Assembly (NCBI GenBank): GCA_041665305.1
Contig: JBAYJD010000009.1
Span: forward strand, 665 to 64,664
DNA: 64,000 nucleotides
Direction: 5' to 3'
DNA from: Elusimicrobiales bacterium
Lineage (GTDB): Bacteria > Elusimicrobiota > Elusimicrobia > Elusimicrobiales > UBA9959
Part shown: positions 47,822 to 57,974 of the stretch, piece after piece
Layout of the letters: the number at the start of each line of letters is the position of its first letter
Position numbering within the stretch: position 1 is the stretch's first letter
Notes under the pieces: generated by a model
What the model was told of the DNA's origin: nothing
The model's database searches: none
What the model saw: only the letters and a program-made list of their open reading frames with translations
Position numbers and translations under genes: made by a program

Positions 47822-50110
47822 ATGCCGCCTCACATAAGGAAAAAAATTTTGATCAAGGGCGTGGTCCAGGGGGTCGGTTTCCGGCCTCATGTCTATAAGC
47901 TCGCTCTTAAGCGCGGACTCTCCGGCTGGGTAAGGAATGACGCCTCCGGCGTGACTATAGAGGCGCAGGGGCGGACCGCGGATCTTGACCTGTTCATCAG
48001 TGAGCTCCAGACCCGCAAGCCGCCGGCTGCGCGGATCGATTCCCTTGATGCCGTGGAGCTCGCGGCCGGAACCGCCGGGGGGTTTTCCATCGTGAAAAGC
48101 GGGGGGAAAACCGGGGCTCAGGCGCGTATTCCCTCGGACCTGGCCCTTTGCGCGGATTGCCGCCGCGAGCTCCTGGACCCCTCCGACCGGCGCTATCTGT
48201 ATCCTTTCACCAATTGCACCAATTGCGGCCCGCGTTTTACCATAGTTAAAAGCATTCCTTACGACCGCCCGCTTACCACGATGAAGCGCTTTAAGATGTG
48301 TCCAGCCTGCCTCGCGGAATACCGGGATCCGCTGGACCGGCGTTTCCATGCCCAGCCCAACGCCTGCCCGGTCTGCGGTCCCAGGGTCAGCACGTTCCAG
48401 GGAGGCCGGCGCATAGACGGGCTCAAGGCCCTTGAGCTGGCGGCCCGGTACCTGAGAACTGGTAAGATCGTGGCCCTGCAAAGCCTCGGCGGGTTCCATC
48501 TTGCCTGCGACGCCCGCGACGCCGGCGCCGTGGACAGGTTGCGCCGCCTGAAGGACCGTCCCGCCAAACCGTTCGCCGTTATGGCCTTTGCGGCGGCGCA
48601 AGTCCGGGAATTATGTTTTCTTTCAAGGTCGGAACTGGCGGTCCTTGAATCGAGCCGGGCTCCGGCCGTGATGCTGAAAAAAAAGCGGCCGTTGTCGCCG
48701 GAGCCGGCCGCGCCCGGACTTGATACGATCGCGGTGATGCTGCCCTACACTCCGCTGCATGAGGCGCTTTTTCTGCTTTTACGCCGGGCCGGTTTTAAAG
48801 GTCCGCTGGTCATGACTTCCGGCAACCGCAGGGACGAACCCATCTCAAAAGACTTTGCAGGGGCCGAAGCGAACCTTGGGCCTTTGGCCGACCTTATAGT
48901 TTTCCACGACAGGGAGATCCATAACCGCGTGGACGACTCCGTCGGGTTTTGGGCCGGCGGAGCTTTCCGTCTTCTCCGACGGGCGCGCGGCTGGGTCCCG
49001 GATTCGGTCCAACTGCCCTTTGCAGGGGCCGGGAGCGCGCTTGGCTGCGGCGCGGACCTTAAAGGCGCTTTCTGCCTTACCCGCGGCAAAGAGGCTTTCC
49101 TTTCGCAGTACCTGGGCGACCAGGGGGAATGCCGGAACCAGGCTTTTTACGCCGAAACTCTGGCCAAGACCCGGGCCCTTTTAAAAGTGCGCCCGTCGCT
49201 TATCGCGCATGACCTGCACCCGGACTACTATTCTTCCGGTTTCGCGCGCGCCCTCAAAGGCATGAAGGTCCCGGTGCAGCATCATGTGGCGCATGTCCTG
49301 AGCGTCGCCGCCGAGCATGCCGTCGAAGGCCCGCTCATCGGCGCGGCGTTCGACGGCGCCGGTTACGGCGCGGACGGCAAGATCTGGGGTTCGGAATTTT
49401 TTGTTATAGAAGGGAACACCTGGCGGCGGGCCGCCCGCCTGAAATATTTCGCCCTGCCGGGCGGAGACGCGGCGGCGCGTGAAGTTTGGCGCCCGGCCTT
49501 GTCGCTGCTGAAAGACGCTCTCGGACCCGGCTGGAGGCGGGAGGCGGGGCCGCTTTTCCGCGGTGTGGCGGCGGAGACGCTGGCCGCCGTTGAAAAGATC
49601 TCCGATAAGGGGCTTAACACGCCTTTAACCTCCAGTATGGGACGGCTTTTTGACGCCGTCGGCTTTATCGCCGGGCTGGGCGTCGAGGCGACTTATGAGG
49701 GGCAGGGACCGATGGAGCTTGAAAGCCTGTGCCGCAGGCCTGCGGGGCGCGGTTACCGGTTCGATATGGAAAAAAAGGACGGTATATACATAATTGATCC
49801 GGCAAAAGCCGTGCTTGGGGCGTTGCGCGAAACCGGGCCCGGCCGTGCGCGGGCGATCTCGGAAAAATTTCACGCCTGCGCGGCCGAGATCCTGCTTAGA
49901 GCAGTTTCGGCCGTCAGCCGGGACACAGGTATAAGAACGGTGGTATTGTCGGGCGGAGTGTTTCAGAACCGCACCCTGCTGGAGCTTGCCCTTAAAAAGC
50001 TGGCGCGCGCGGGTTGTAAGGTGTTCGCCAACGAAAAAGTTCCCGCCAACGACGGCGGAATAGCCCTGGGCCAAGTTTACTACGCCCTGAAGAAATTCCG
50101 CCGGATTTAA
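47822..50110 (+). CDS. hypF: Carbamoyltransferase HypF
   Basis: GVVQGVGFRP, CTNCGPRF, RRFHAQPNACPVCGP, HDLHPDY, QHHVAH, SSMGRLFD, PANDGGIALGQ. Confidence 0.97.
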   Translation: MPPHIRKKILIKGVVQGVGFRPHVYKLALKRGLSGWVRNDASGVTIEAQGRTADLDLFISELQTRKPPAARIDSLDAVELAAGTAGGFSIVKSGGKTGAQARIPSDLALCADCRRELLDPSDRRYLYPFTNCTNCGPRFTIVKSIPYDRPLTTMKRFKMCPACLAEYRDPLDRRFHAQPNACPVCGPRVSTFQGGRRIDGLKALELAARYLRTGKIVALQSLGGFHLACDARDAGAVDRLRRLKDRPAKPFAVMAFAAAQVRELCFLSRSELAVLESSRAPAVMLKKKRPLSPEPAAPGLDTIAVMLPYTPLHEALFLLLRRAGFKGPLVMTSGNRRDEPISKDFAGAEANLGPLADLIVFHDREIHNRVDDSVGFWAGGAFRLLRRARGWVPDSVQLPFAGAGSALGCGADLKGAFCLTRGKEAFLSQYLGDQGECRNQAFYAETLAKTRALLKVRPSLIAHDLHPDYYSSGFARALKGMKVPVQHHVAHVLSVAAEHAVEGPLIGAAFDGAGYGADGKIWGSEFFVIEGNTWRRAARLKYFALPGGDAAAREVWRPALSLLKDALGPGWRREAGPLFRGVAAETLAAVEKISDKGLNTPLTSSMGRLFDAVGFIAGLGVEATYEGQGPMELESLCRRPAGRGYRFDMEKKDGIYIIDPAKAVLGALRETGPGRARAISEKFHACAAEILLRAVSAVSRDTGIRTVVLSGGVFQNRTLLELALKKLARAGCKVFANEKVPANDGGIALGQVYYALKKFRRI

Positions 50111-50113
50111 AGT

Positions 50114-51481
50114 CTACGGATTCAACCACTGAAGGAATTCGTCCCATTTCCCGTCGACCGACCAGGCAAGCTTCGAATAATTCGCGTCGTAGCCGTACAT
50201 GGGAAGATAGACGCCCAATCCGGCGGAAGTTTTGTATTCCGCGCCTGAAGTGGCGTTCTTTAAAACTATTTTGCCGCCGATAAAGTTTATCAGTTCCTTG
50301 CTTTTCGACTTCAATTCGGCGGAGCCGGTGTTGGACGCGACCTGCGTAAGAAAGCCGGTGAAATCCCTGGAATCCATGCCTGCGTATTCCTTGGTTCCGG
50401 CCATGGCTCGTTTCAGGATGTCTTTTTCTCCTTTGGCCATGGCCAGTCCGGCCCACTCGTCCGCCAGTTGGCGGAAAGCGGCCATGTTACCGGTGCTCAC
50501 GGCTGAGATTGTGGAGTCCTGGCCCTTGACTCTGTAGGACTGGTTGTAGCCTCCCACCGCAGCCGCAGCCATGACTTCAGGCGTCAGGCCGGTCCGGTTC
50601 TTGCGGACCCGGTCAAGAAAAAGGTCGTAAGCCCAGCCGTCGTTCGGTTCGATCTCTTCGGATCCCACGATCAACGGCACAGAGTCCTTTAATTCGTATA
50701 CGACTTCGCTCATCTGCATAAGACAGGCGTCGGAGGCGTAAAGGTCCACGCCGCCGATCTTTTTCAACGCCAGTCCCAATTGTACGGTGGTGATGCCGTT
50801 GCCGGTCTGAGAGTCGTAAGAAATGCCTTTTGTCATGGACTTGAGATCCGTAGACCTGGATCTCCAGCCGTCGCCGTGATTCCACACGATCAGCATGTAG
50901 TGCCTGGCGGGGTAGCGGGTTTTGGCCCAGACCGCGAAATCCGCCAAGTGGTTATAATCCCCCATATCCGTCTTGCCGAGGGTTTCGAGCAGTTTTGAAT
51001 TTATTTTCTGATTGTCGGTATCCTTTACTATTTCGTACCGCCTAATGCCTTCCCAGCCGGCGGAATCGCCGTTCTGGACGGAGGTGTCCCTGCCGCCTAC
51101 ATGAAAAAGAGGCGTGACCCACGGCGGCTCGACCGTCGCCGGATCGGTAAGATAAAACGGCGCCGCGGCGGCGAGCCGGCCGGATTCCGTCACGATGTTG
51201 ATGTTCGGCGCCGGTCCGACGGCTTCCATCTCGTTAAGGTCCTTGAGGATATAGTTGGAAAGATCGTTCTTGCCGTTCATGTAAACCATGATGGTCCACT
51301 CTTTAACGGTCTTCGCCGCCGTTTCGTCTGAAGTGGGCGCGGCCGGAACGGATATTTTTTCGGCCTGGATAAAGGCGGGTTTCAAAGCCGGGCCGTTATC
51401 GAAAGGAGATCCCTCGGCCCGCGCGCCGGCGGCCAGGAACATAGCCGGGATCAGTAGATTGGTCATGCCGATCTTTTTCAT
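50114..51481 (-). CDS. Clostripain-family (C11) protease, secreted; paralog of 10388-11767
   Basis: WTIMVYMNG, DMGDY, VWNHGDGW, ISYD, DACLMQ, GSEE; SD AAGGAG. Confidence 0.9.
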   Translation of the reverse strand: MKKIGMTNLLIPAMFLAAGARAEGSPFDNGPALKPAFIQAEKISVPAAPTSDETAAKTVKEWTIMVYMNGKNDLSNYILKDLNEMEAVGPAPNINIVTESGRLAAAAPFYLTDPATVEPPWVTPLFHVGGRDTSVQNGDSAGWEGIRRYEIVKDTDNQKINSKLLETLGKTDMGDYNHLADFAVWAKTRYPARHYMLIVWNHGDGWRSRSTDLKSMTKGISYDSQTGNGITTVQLGLALKKIGGVDLYASDACLMQMSEVVYELKDSVPLIVGSEEIEPNDGWAYDLFLDRVRKNRTGLTPEVMAAAAVGGYNQSYRVKGQDSTISAVSTGNMAAFRQLADEWAGLAMAKGEKDILKRAMAGTKEYAGMDSRDFTGFLTQVASNTGSAELKSKSKELINFIGGKIVLKNATSGAEYKTSAGLGVYLPMYGYDANYSKLAWSVDGKWDEFLQWLNP

Positions 51482-51679
51482 TTTAACTCCTTGCAAAATA
51501 TAGCCGTTCGTTTTACGGCATGTTATTCCGCCTGACCATAGTATAGAGCATAACGAAACCGTTTTCTTGGGCTAAAAGGGCAGCTTTTGGAGCAATTATG
51601 GCCCGCTCCTTCTGGGGCTAAAGACCTACTGATTATTTCCATCGGCGGCGGCGGTATTTTTGATAAAATATCCGTTCTT

Positions 51680-52543
51680 ATGCCCAGGCTTCCGCTCAAA
51701 TTTATCCTTCCGCCGCTTCTTTTGTCCCTGCGACCCTGCGTTTGCGCCCAGTTGCCGGGGCCCGTGGCCGAGCCGGATATACAGGTAAGCACCGCCTCGC
51801 TCCTGGAACAACTGGCCTATATTCCGGATTACTCCATTTCGTTGGCCAGCGCGGCTTCGCAGGCGGTCACGGAGGAGGATGTCGTGGACCTGGAGGAAGG
51901 GGAGGAAAGCGACGCTGATATCTTTATCAGCAGCGCGCTGTCGCATACCCCCGAGCCTGTGAATCTGGGCGGCAACGGCAGGCTCACTCTGACCCGCAAC
52001 GATAACGGGGAAAAACTTACCGTGCGCTACCGCAACCCGGACGGTTCCTACGACGCCGAAGCCCTGGCCAGACTGGACCACCTCATGCGCTGCAGCCTTA
52101 CCGGGCGCGAGATCCGGATGTCCGTAAAACTTATAGAGTTGCTGGACGCCGTGGAGGATAAGTTCGGAAAAAAAGGCCTTACCCTTTTAAGCGGCTACCG
52201 CACGGCAAAAAATAACAGGCAGACCGCGGGCGCGGTTAGGCACAGTCTGCATCTGCTGGGCTGGGCCGCGGACATCAAGGTCCCCGGCTATAGCTCGACC
52301 AGGATAAAAAAATACGGCCGCAAGCTCTGGATCGGAGGGGTGGGATATTATCCCAATAAAGGGTTCACTCATCTGGATGTCGGCAGGCCCCGGTATTGGG
52401 CGGTCAGCCGTCCGCCGCACAGGCGCCGCATCCGCCGCTCGGCGGCCAGGACGGCGGCGCGCAAAACGCCGGTCCGGCGCGGATCTGCGGTCCGGACGGC
52501 TAAGACCGCCGCAAAACCGGGTTTGTTAAAACGGAAATCCTGA
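51680..52543 (+). CDS. YcbK/DUF882 (peptidase M15) family protein with basic C-terminal tail
   Basis: SGYRT..NN, SLHLLGWAADI, GGVGYYP..GFTHLDVG. Confidence 0.88.
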   Translation: MPRLPLKFILPPLLLSLRPCVCAQLPGPVAEPDIQVSTASLLEQLAYIPDYSISLASAASQAVTEEDVVDLEEGEESDADIFISSALSHTPEPVNLGGNGRLTLTRNDNGEKLTVRYRNPDGSYDAEALARLDHLMRCSLTGREIRMSVKLIELLDAVEDKFGKKGLTLLSGYRTAKNNRQTAGAVRHSLHLLGWAADIKVPGYSSTRIKKYGRKLWIGGVGYYPNKGFTHLDVGRPRYWAVSRPPHRRRIRRSAARTAARKTPVRRGSAVRTAKTAAKPGLLKRKS

Positions 52544-52840
52544 CCACGCCGGGCGCCTGGTACTTCCGGGGTTTTTTCCGCCGCGTGGAAATCTTATATA
52601 ATTATTTCGCGGCGGCATTCGCGGGGGAGTCAATGCGGCTTGGACAGCCGCGGTATGGGGGATCGTTATAGCCGGGGGAACGCTAGCTAAGGTCGTGTCG
52701 CGGCATTTTACCGGAATGCCGGTTACGGGATAATCGTAACGCGGTATGAGGGTTCTTTGTCCTTGTTTTGTTTGAACTTTCAGGCCGAGAAAAAATGAGG
52801 GTATTTCGTAAGTAGAACTGCCGTCGGATGGGGGGGCAAT

Positions 52841-53290
52841 ATGAACAAATGTGACGCCGGAGTGGCGATACTTATGGCCGAGGATGACGACGGCCACGCG
52901 CTGCTGGTGAGGGAGCGGTTCGAAAGCATAGGGCTTAAGAATCCCGTAACGCGGTTCAAGGACGGGCAGGAGATCTGGGACTTTCTTTCCGGGGTCTCAA
53001 GCCCCGGCCTGGAACCAGGCAGGGGTTATCTTCTACTGCTGGACATCCGCATGCCGCGGCTGGACGGCATAGAAGTGCTGCGGCGCGTCAAGGGCGATCC
53101 GCGTCTTAAGAATATCCCTGTGATAATGCTCACCACCACCGATGAGCCCGCGGAAATACATACTTGTTATGAGCTCGGCTGCAATAATTATCTGACAAAG
53201 CCGGTGGAATTTGACAAATTCATAGAAGTGATCAAACGGCTGGGGCTTTTTCTGATGATAGTCGAAGTGGCTAAGATCAAGGCGCAATGA
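52841..53290 (+). CDS. Single-domain response regulator (Rcp1-like)
   Basis: MAEDD, LLDIRMP, MLTTT, CYELGCNNYLTKPV. Confidence 0.92.
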   Translation: MNKCDAGVAILMAEDDDGHALLVRERFESIGLKNPVTRFKDGQEIWDFLSGVSSPGLEPGRGYLLLLDIRMPRLDGIEVLRRVKGDPRLKNIPVIMLTTTDEPAEIHTCYELGCNNYLTKPVEFDKFIEVIKRLGLFLMIVEVAKIKAQ

Positions 53291-53291
53291 A

Positions 53292-56200
53292 ATGACGACA
53301 AAAATAGAGCCGAAGGAAGGCTTTATCCTTATAGTGGAGGACGACATAGGCCTCGGCCGGCTGGAGGCGGAACGCCTTGCGCCGCTGGGGTTTAAGCTAC
53401 GTCACGCGGCCAGCGCAGGGGAAGCCCGCGCGATCCTTATAAAAGCCGCCCCGGACCTTATGCTGCTGGATTATTCCCTGCCGGATTCCAATGCTGTGGA
53501 CTTCCTGAAAGAACTCCGGGAGAGCGGCGGTGCCGTCCCGCCGTTTGTGATCGTTACCGGCCGCGGAGATGAAACCGTCGCGGTCGACTCCATGAAGTGC
53601 GGAGCCGTGGATTATATAATCAAGAGCGGCGACTTCCTTGAGAACCTGCTGCCGGCGGTCGCGAAAGCGCTGGAAAAAATAGCGCTTTTGAAAAAACTTG
53701 AGGATGCCAGGAGGAGTACCGCGAAAAATCTGCGCCTTTATAACTTTCTGGCTCAGGTAAATCTGGCCTCTTCCCGGACAAAGGACCGTGTGTTGCTCTT
53801 CAGAAGGATCTGCGAGATCGCCGTAAAGAACGGCGGCATGCGGATGGCCTGGATAGGCAGACCTGATAATGATCTCGGACGGATAATCCCGCTGTGCTGG
53901 GCGGGTTTCGTCGACGGCTATCTGGACCTGATAGAGATCGATCTGGGAGTGGAAAGCCCCAGGTCCAAAGGTCCGACCGGAGCTTCCGTTTCCAGCGGAG
54001 AGCTCCGCGCCTGTTCCGACATCGCGTCCGATCCGCTCATGGCCCCGTGGAGGGAAAAAGCTCTTGAGCGCAATTACAGATCCTCCGCCGCCATTCCTCT
54101 GGTGGAATGCGGCAAGCTGGCGGCCGTGCTGACGCTGTATTCGGATCAGTCGGAGTTCTTTACCGGAGACGAGTTGGAACTCCTTAACGAGATCAAGGCC
54201 GATATCTCCCTGGCGCTGGATGCTATTTCGGTGGAAGAAAAGCGCTGCGCCGCCCAGGAGGTGCTGAACCGCACGGCCGGCCAGCTGGCCCATGTGATGG
54301 ATGCCACCTCCGTCGTAATTCTCACAATGCGGCACAGAGCTTCCGGTATGAACATAAAATGGGTAAGCGGCAATGCGGAGGCTCTGACCGGTTTTTTACC
54401 GGTGGAAATACTGCTGCCGGGCTGGTTGGAGAAGAATCTCCATCCGCAGGATAAAGCCATGGTCGAGACCGGCCAAAAGGACCTCTTGCGGACAGGCTCC
54501 GTAACGCAGGACTTCCGGTTCAAAAAAAAGAACGGCGGCTATTTCTGGGTCCACGCCCAACTTAAAGTCGTCTCGGCCGAAGCCGGGGAAATCATCGGTT
54601 CCTGGACCGACATCACTCCGCTGAAAGAGTCGGAAATGCGTTTCCAGGAATTATTCGAGAAGGTTCCCGTCGGTTACCAGTCGTTGGACGGCGGTGGGAA
54701 CCTGCTGGCGGTGAATGAGACCTGGACCGGCATCTTCGGTTATACCAGGGAAGAAGCTCTCGGCCGCAATTTCGCGGAGTTCCTGTCTTCCGGATCTAAA
54801 AATGCGTTCGCCGCTAGTTTCACCGCGTTCATGGCCTCCGGGGAAAGCGCGGGGGTGGAGCTCGAAATAAAAAGAAAGGACGGTTCCGTCCGCCATATCG
54901 CTTTCAACAGTAAGGCGGGCCATAACCCGGACGGCAGCTTTAAACAGGCGCACTGTGTGGCCGCAGATATAACGGAAAAGAAAAAAAGTGAAAGCCGCTT
55001 CAGGGATCTGCTGGATTCCCTGCCGGGGGGCGTTATAGTCAGGTGCGGTCCGGAAGTGATCTATGTGAACGCCAGCGGCCTGAAGATGATGGGTTTTAAG
55101 AACGAACGGGCACTGCTGGGCCGCGAGGTGCTTACGCTGCTGCCGGAGGAACTGCGTCCTGATTTCCGAAGACGCATGGAAGAGATAGATTCTCGCGGTA
55201 TCGTGACCCCGCCCATGCCGGTGCGTCTGCCCAGGCACGACGGTTCGATAGCGGACATAGAGATTTCCGGCGCCCCCATTGATTTCGGCGACAGGAAATG
55301 CGGATTGGTTTTCTTTAACGACATTTCGGAACGGAAAAAAGCCGAACGCCTTATGACCGAGATGTCCAATATGCAGCGCGTGGAATCGTTGGGCGCCCTG
55401 GCGGGAGGCATAGCCCATGACTTTAACAATATGCTGACCGGCATAATGGGCAACCTGTCCCTGCTGTCCGCAAGGTCCGATCTTGATCCCGGCGCAGCCG
55501 CGATCATACACGATACGCTGGAGGCCGTCAATAGCGCTAAAAGCCTGACGGCGCAGCTGCTGGCTTTTTCAAAAGGCGGCCGGCCGATAAAAAAGGAATT
55601 CTGCCTTGGGACCGCGCTTAATGAGATCTTCCAGCTTTCCACCAGTGGTACGAAAGCGGCATGTAAGATCGAAATTCCGGAAGATCTTTGGAGCGTGAAC
55701 GGCGACGAAAACCAGATAAAACAGGCCGTAAACAATCTGCTGCTTAACGCCATACAGGCCATGCCGGCGGGTGGAAAACTTGAGCTCTCGGCCGGCAACA
55801 TCAACTGTTCCGCCGTTCCCGGCCTGGCTCCCGGCGATTGCGCGCGGATCACCGTTTCGGACACAGGTATTGGAATACCGACACAATACATGGACCGTGT
55901 TTTTGAGCCTTACTTCACCACAAAGACCGCCGGTCACGGCCTGGGGCTTTCCATGACCTGGTCGGTCATCAAGAACCATGGCGGACACCTGGAGGCAGTC
56001 TCCGAGCCGGGCAAGGGTACCACCTTCACGATCTATCTGCCGGCCACCGGGCGCCGGATTATTGGAACGAAGGAACAGAGATCCGAGATCCAAAAAGGTT
56101 CCGGCAGCGTGCTGGTCCTGGAGGATGAGGAAGTGGTGAGCAGGGTGATCAAAAGGATGCTTGAGCAGCTGGGTTATTCCTGTCGGCTCACCTCCGATGG

Positions 56201-56477
56201 AACCGCGACCTTGGACTGTTACCGGAAAGAAAGAGCTGCCGGCAGGCCTTTCGACGCCGTAATAATGGACCTCACTATTTCCGGCGGCCAGGGCGGAAAG
56301 GAAGCGGTGCGCGAACTGCGCAAGATCGATCCGGAAGCGCGGGTAATAGTTTCAAGCGGCTACTCTGATGAGGTCGTAATGGCTGATTACAAGGATTACG
56401 GTTTCGACGCGGTCCTGCCCAAACCGTACAAATACGAAGACCTGGCCGAAATCATGTCCCGTCTTCTCAAAAAATAA
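53292..56477 (+). CDS. Cytoplasmic hybrid histidine kinase (REC-GAF-3xPAS-HisKA-HATPase-REC)
   Basis: IVEDD, KGPTG/RSSAAIPL GAF, PAS ends TDIT/ADIT/NDIS, GIAHDFNN, NAIQAM, GHGLGL, MDLT, PKPY. Confidence 0.93.
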   Translation: MTTKIEPKEGFILIVEDDIGLGRLEAERLAPLGFKLRHAASAGEARAILIKAAPDLMLLDYSLPDSNAVDFLKELRESGGAVPPFVIVTGRGDETVAVDSMKCGAVDYIIKSGDFLENLLPAVAKALEKIALLKKLEDARRSTAKNLRLYNFLAQVNLASSRTKDRVLLFRRICEIAVKNGGMRMAWIGRPDNDLGRIIPLCWAGFVDGYLDLIEIDLGVESPRSKGPTGASVSSGELRACSDIASDPLMAPWREKALERNYRSSAAIPLVECGKLAAVLTLYSDQSEFFTGDELELLNEIKADISLALDAISVEEKRCAAQEVLNRTAGQLAHVMDATSVVILTMRHRASGMNIKWVSGNAEALTGFLPVEILLPGWLEKNLHPQDKAMVETGQKDLLRTGSVTQDFRFKKKNGGYFWVHAQLKVVSAEAGEIIGSWTDITPLKESEMRFQELFEKVPVGYQSLDGGGNLLAVNETWTGIFGYTREEALGRNFAEFLSSGSKNAFAASFTAFMASGESAGVELEIKRKDGSVRHIAFNSKAGHNPDGSFKQAHCVAADITEKKKSESRFRDLLDSLPGGVIVRCGPEVIYVNASGLKMMGFKNERALLGREVLTLLPEELRPDFRRRMEEIDSRGIVTPPMPVRLPRHDGSIADIEISGAPIDFGDRKCGLVFFNDISERKKAERLMTEMSNMQRVESLGALAGGIAHDFNNMLTGIMGNLSLLSARSDLDPGAAAIIHDTLEAVNSAKSLTAQLLAFSKGGRPIKKEFCLGTALNEIFQLSTSGTKAACKIEIPEDLWSVNGDENQIKQAVNNLLLNAIQAMPAGGKLELSAGNINCSAVPGLAPGDCARITVSDTGIGIPTQYMDRVFEPYFTTKTAGHGLGLSMTWSVIKNHGGHLEAVSEPGKGTTFTIYLPATGRRIIGTKEQRSEIQKGSGSVLVLEDEEVVSRVIKRMLEQLGYSCRLTSDGTATLDCYRKERAAGRPFDAVIMDLTISGGQGGKEAVRELRKIDPEARVIVSSGYSDEVVMADYKDYGFDAVLPKPYKYEDLAEIMSRLLKK

Positions 56478-56642
56478 CCCCTTCAAAAGGAGCCTGGCTC
56501 CTTTTGATCGTTTTAAGGTCAAAAACCCCAAAAAGGAGGCTGGCTCCTTTTGATAGGGCTATTGGCTGCGCGGTGGTAGGTCCTTTGGCTCATCTCGGGA
56601 AGGCTGACGCTTGGTATAATTGGTCTAACTGGAGTTCTGAAT

Positions 56643-57974
56643 ATGACCGGGATAACACATGGTTTACAGGTGTACGACCGATGGGAAACGCAAACCGGGA
56701 GGGTGCGCGGCCGAGTTATGGCCCGCCGGCTGGCGGATTATGTGCGCTATGCCGCGCGGCTGCCGTTCTACAAGCGGCGTCTGGCCGCTTTCAGTCCCGG
56801 CGCGCAATATCCTTTGGCGGGAACGCCGGTGCTGGAAGCCAAAGACCTGCGACGGCTGCTGCCGCCGCGGAGCGAAGAACTTATAGCCGACAAGTCTTGC
56901 GGCCGCAACATCTTCCAAAGCGGCGGGACGACCGGCTGTCCCAAAACCACGATCTTCAGCCATAAGGAGCTTGAGGGGCTTTACCTGCCCAACGCGCGGG
57001 GTTTTCACGCCGTCGGCCTGGACCGTTCCGACAGGGTCGCCAACCTCTTCGCGGTTGGCGGGCTGTACATGACCTTTATCCACATCCACCGTATGCTGCA
57101 GGAATTCGGCTGCTCCAACTTTCCGTTCTCGAACCACACGCCGTCCGAATTCGTGCACCCTGTCTGCCGGCTTTTTAAGATCAACTGTTTCGCCGGCATC
57201 GCCAGCGTGGTGCTCAACACTTTGCGCGATATGGAAAAAATGGGGCTCAGGGGGATACGGATAGAGAAGATCTATTACGGCGGGGAGCATCTATACGAAG
57301 CGGACAAGGCCGAACTGCGGGAGAAGTTCGGCGCGAAGCTCATTGCCGCTCCGGGGTACGGCACGGTCGATTCATGGTATATCGGCTACCAGTGCGTGCG
57401 GTGTCCGACCGGCGTGTTCCACGCGCATGACGACCAGGTCTACATAGAACTGGTCGATGAGGAAACCGGCCGCCATTGCGCTCCGGGCGAAACGGGCATG
57501 ATGTATGTCACGGCGTTTCCCAGGCTGCTGACCCCGATAGTGCGCTACAGGGTGGGTGACCTGGCCCGCTGGCTGCCCGGGCCCTGCTCCTGCGGCAGGA
57601 CGACCCCGCTGTTCGAACTGCGCGGCCGCGGCGACGATGTGTTGCGGATAGGTTTTGATTCGGTGGATTACGGTTTTATCCAGAAAATGATAGGAAGGGT
57701 AAAAGGGCTGCTGGGTTCGGCGCAGATGGAAAAGCGGCGCGAGAACGGCCGGGACCGGCTGATACTGCGCGTTGAAACCCCGGCCCCGAAAAGCGCCCGC
57801 GCCGTGATGCGCAAGGTCCTCGAGCGCGAAATACTTAAGGAAAGACCCACGCTGAACAAGGCGGTTTCCACGGGAGCCGTGCTGCCCCCGGAGATAGAGC
57901 TTCTCGCCCCCGGCGCGATCCCCCGCAACCCGCGCACCGGCAAGCTCGTCCGGGTGCTGGATGTCCTGCGATGA
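56643..57974 (+). CDS. Phenylacetate-CoA ligase (PaaK)-like adenylate-forming enzyme
   Basis: QSGGTTGCPK, GYGTVD, PIVRYRVGD, GRGDD, RNPRTGK. Confidence 0.85.
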   Translation: MTGITHGLQVYDRWETQTGRVRGRVMARRLADYVRYAARLPFYKRRLAAFSPGAQYPLAGTPVLEAKDLRRLLPPRSEELIADKSCGRNIFQSGGTTGCPKTTIFSHKELEGLYLPNARGFHAVGLDRSDRVANLFAVGGLYMTFIHIHRMLQEFGCSNFPFSNHTPSEFVHPVCRLFKINCFAGIASVVLNTLRDMEKMGLRGIRIEKIYYGGEHLYEADKAELREKFGAKLIAAPGYGTVDSWYIGYQCVRCPTGVFHAHDDQVYIELVDEETGRHCAPGETGMMYVTAFPRLLTPIVRYRVGDLARWLPGPCSCGRTTPLFELRGRGDDVLRIGFDSVDYGFIQKMIGRVKGLLGSAQMEKRRENGRDRLILRVETPAPKSARAVMRKVLEREILKERPTLNKAVSTGAVLPPEIELLAPGAIPRNPRTGKLVRVLDVLR

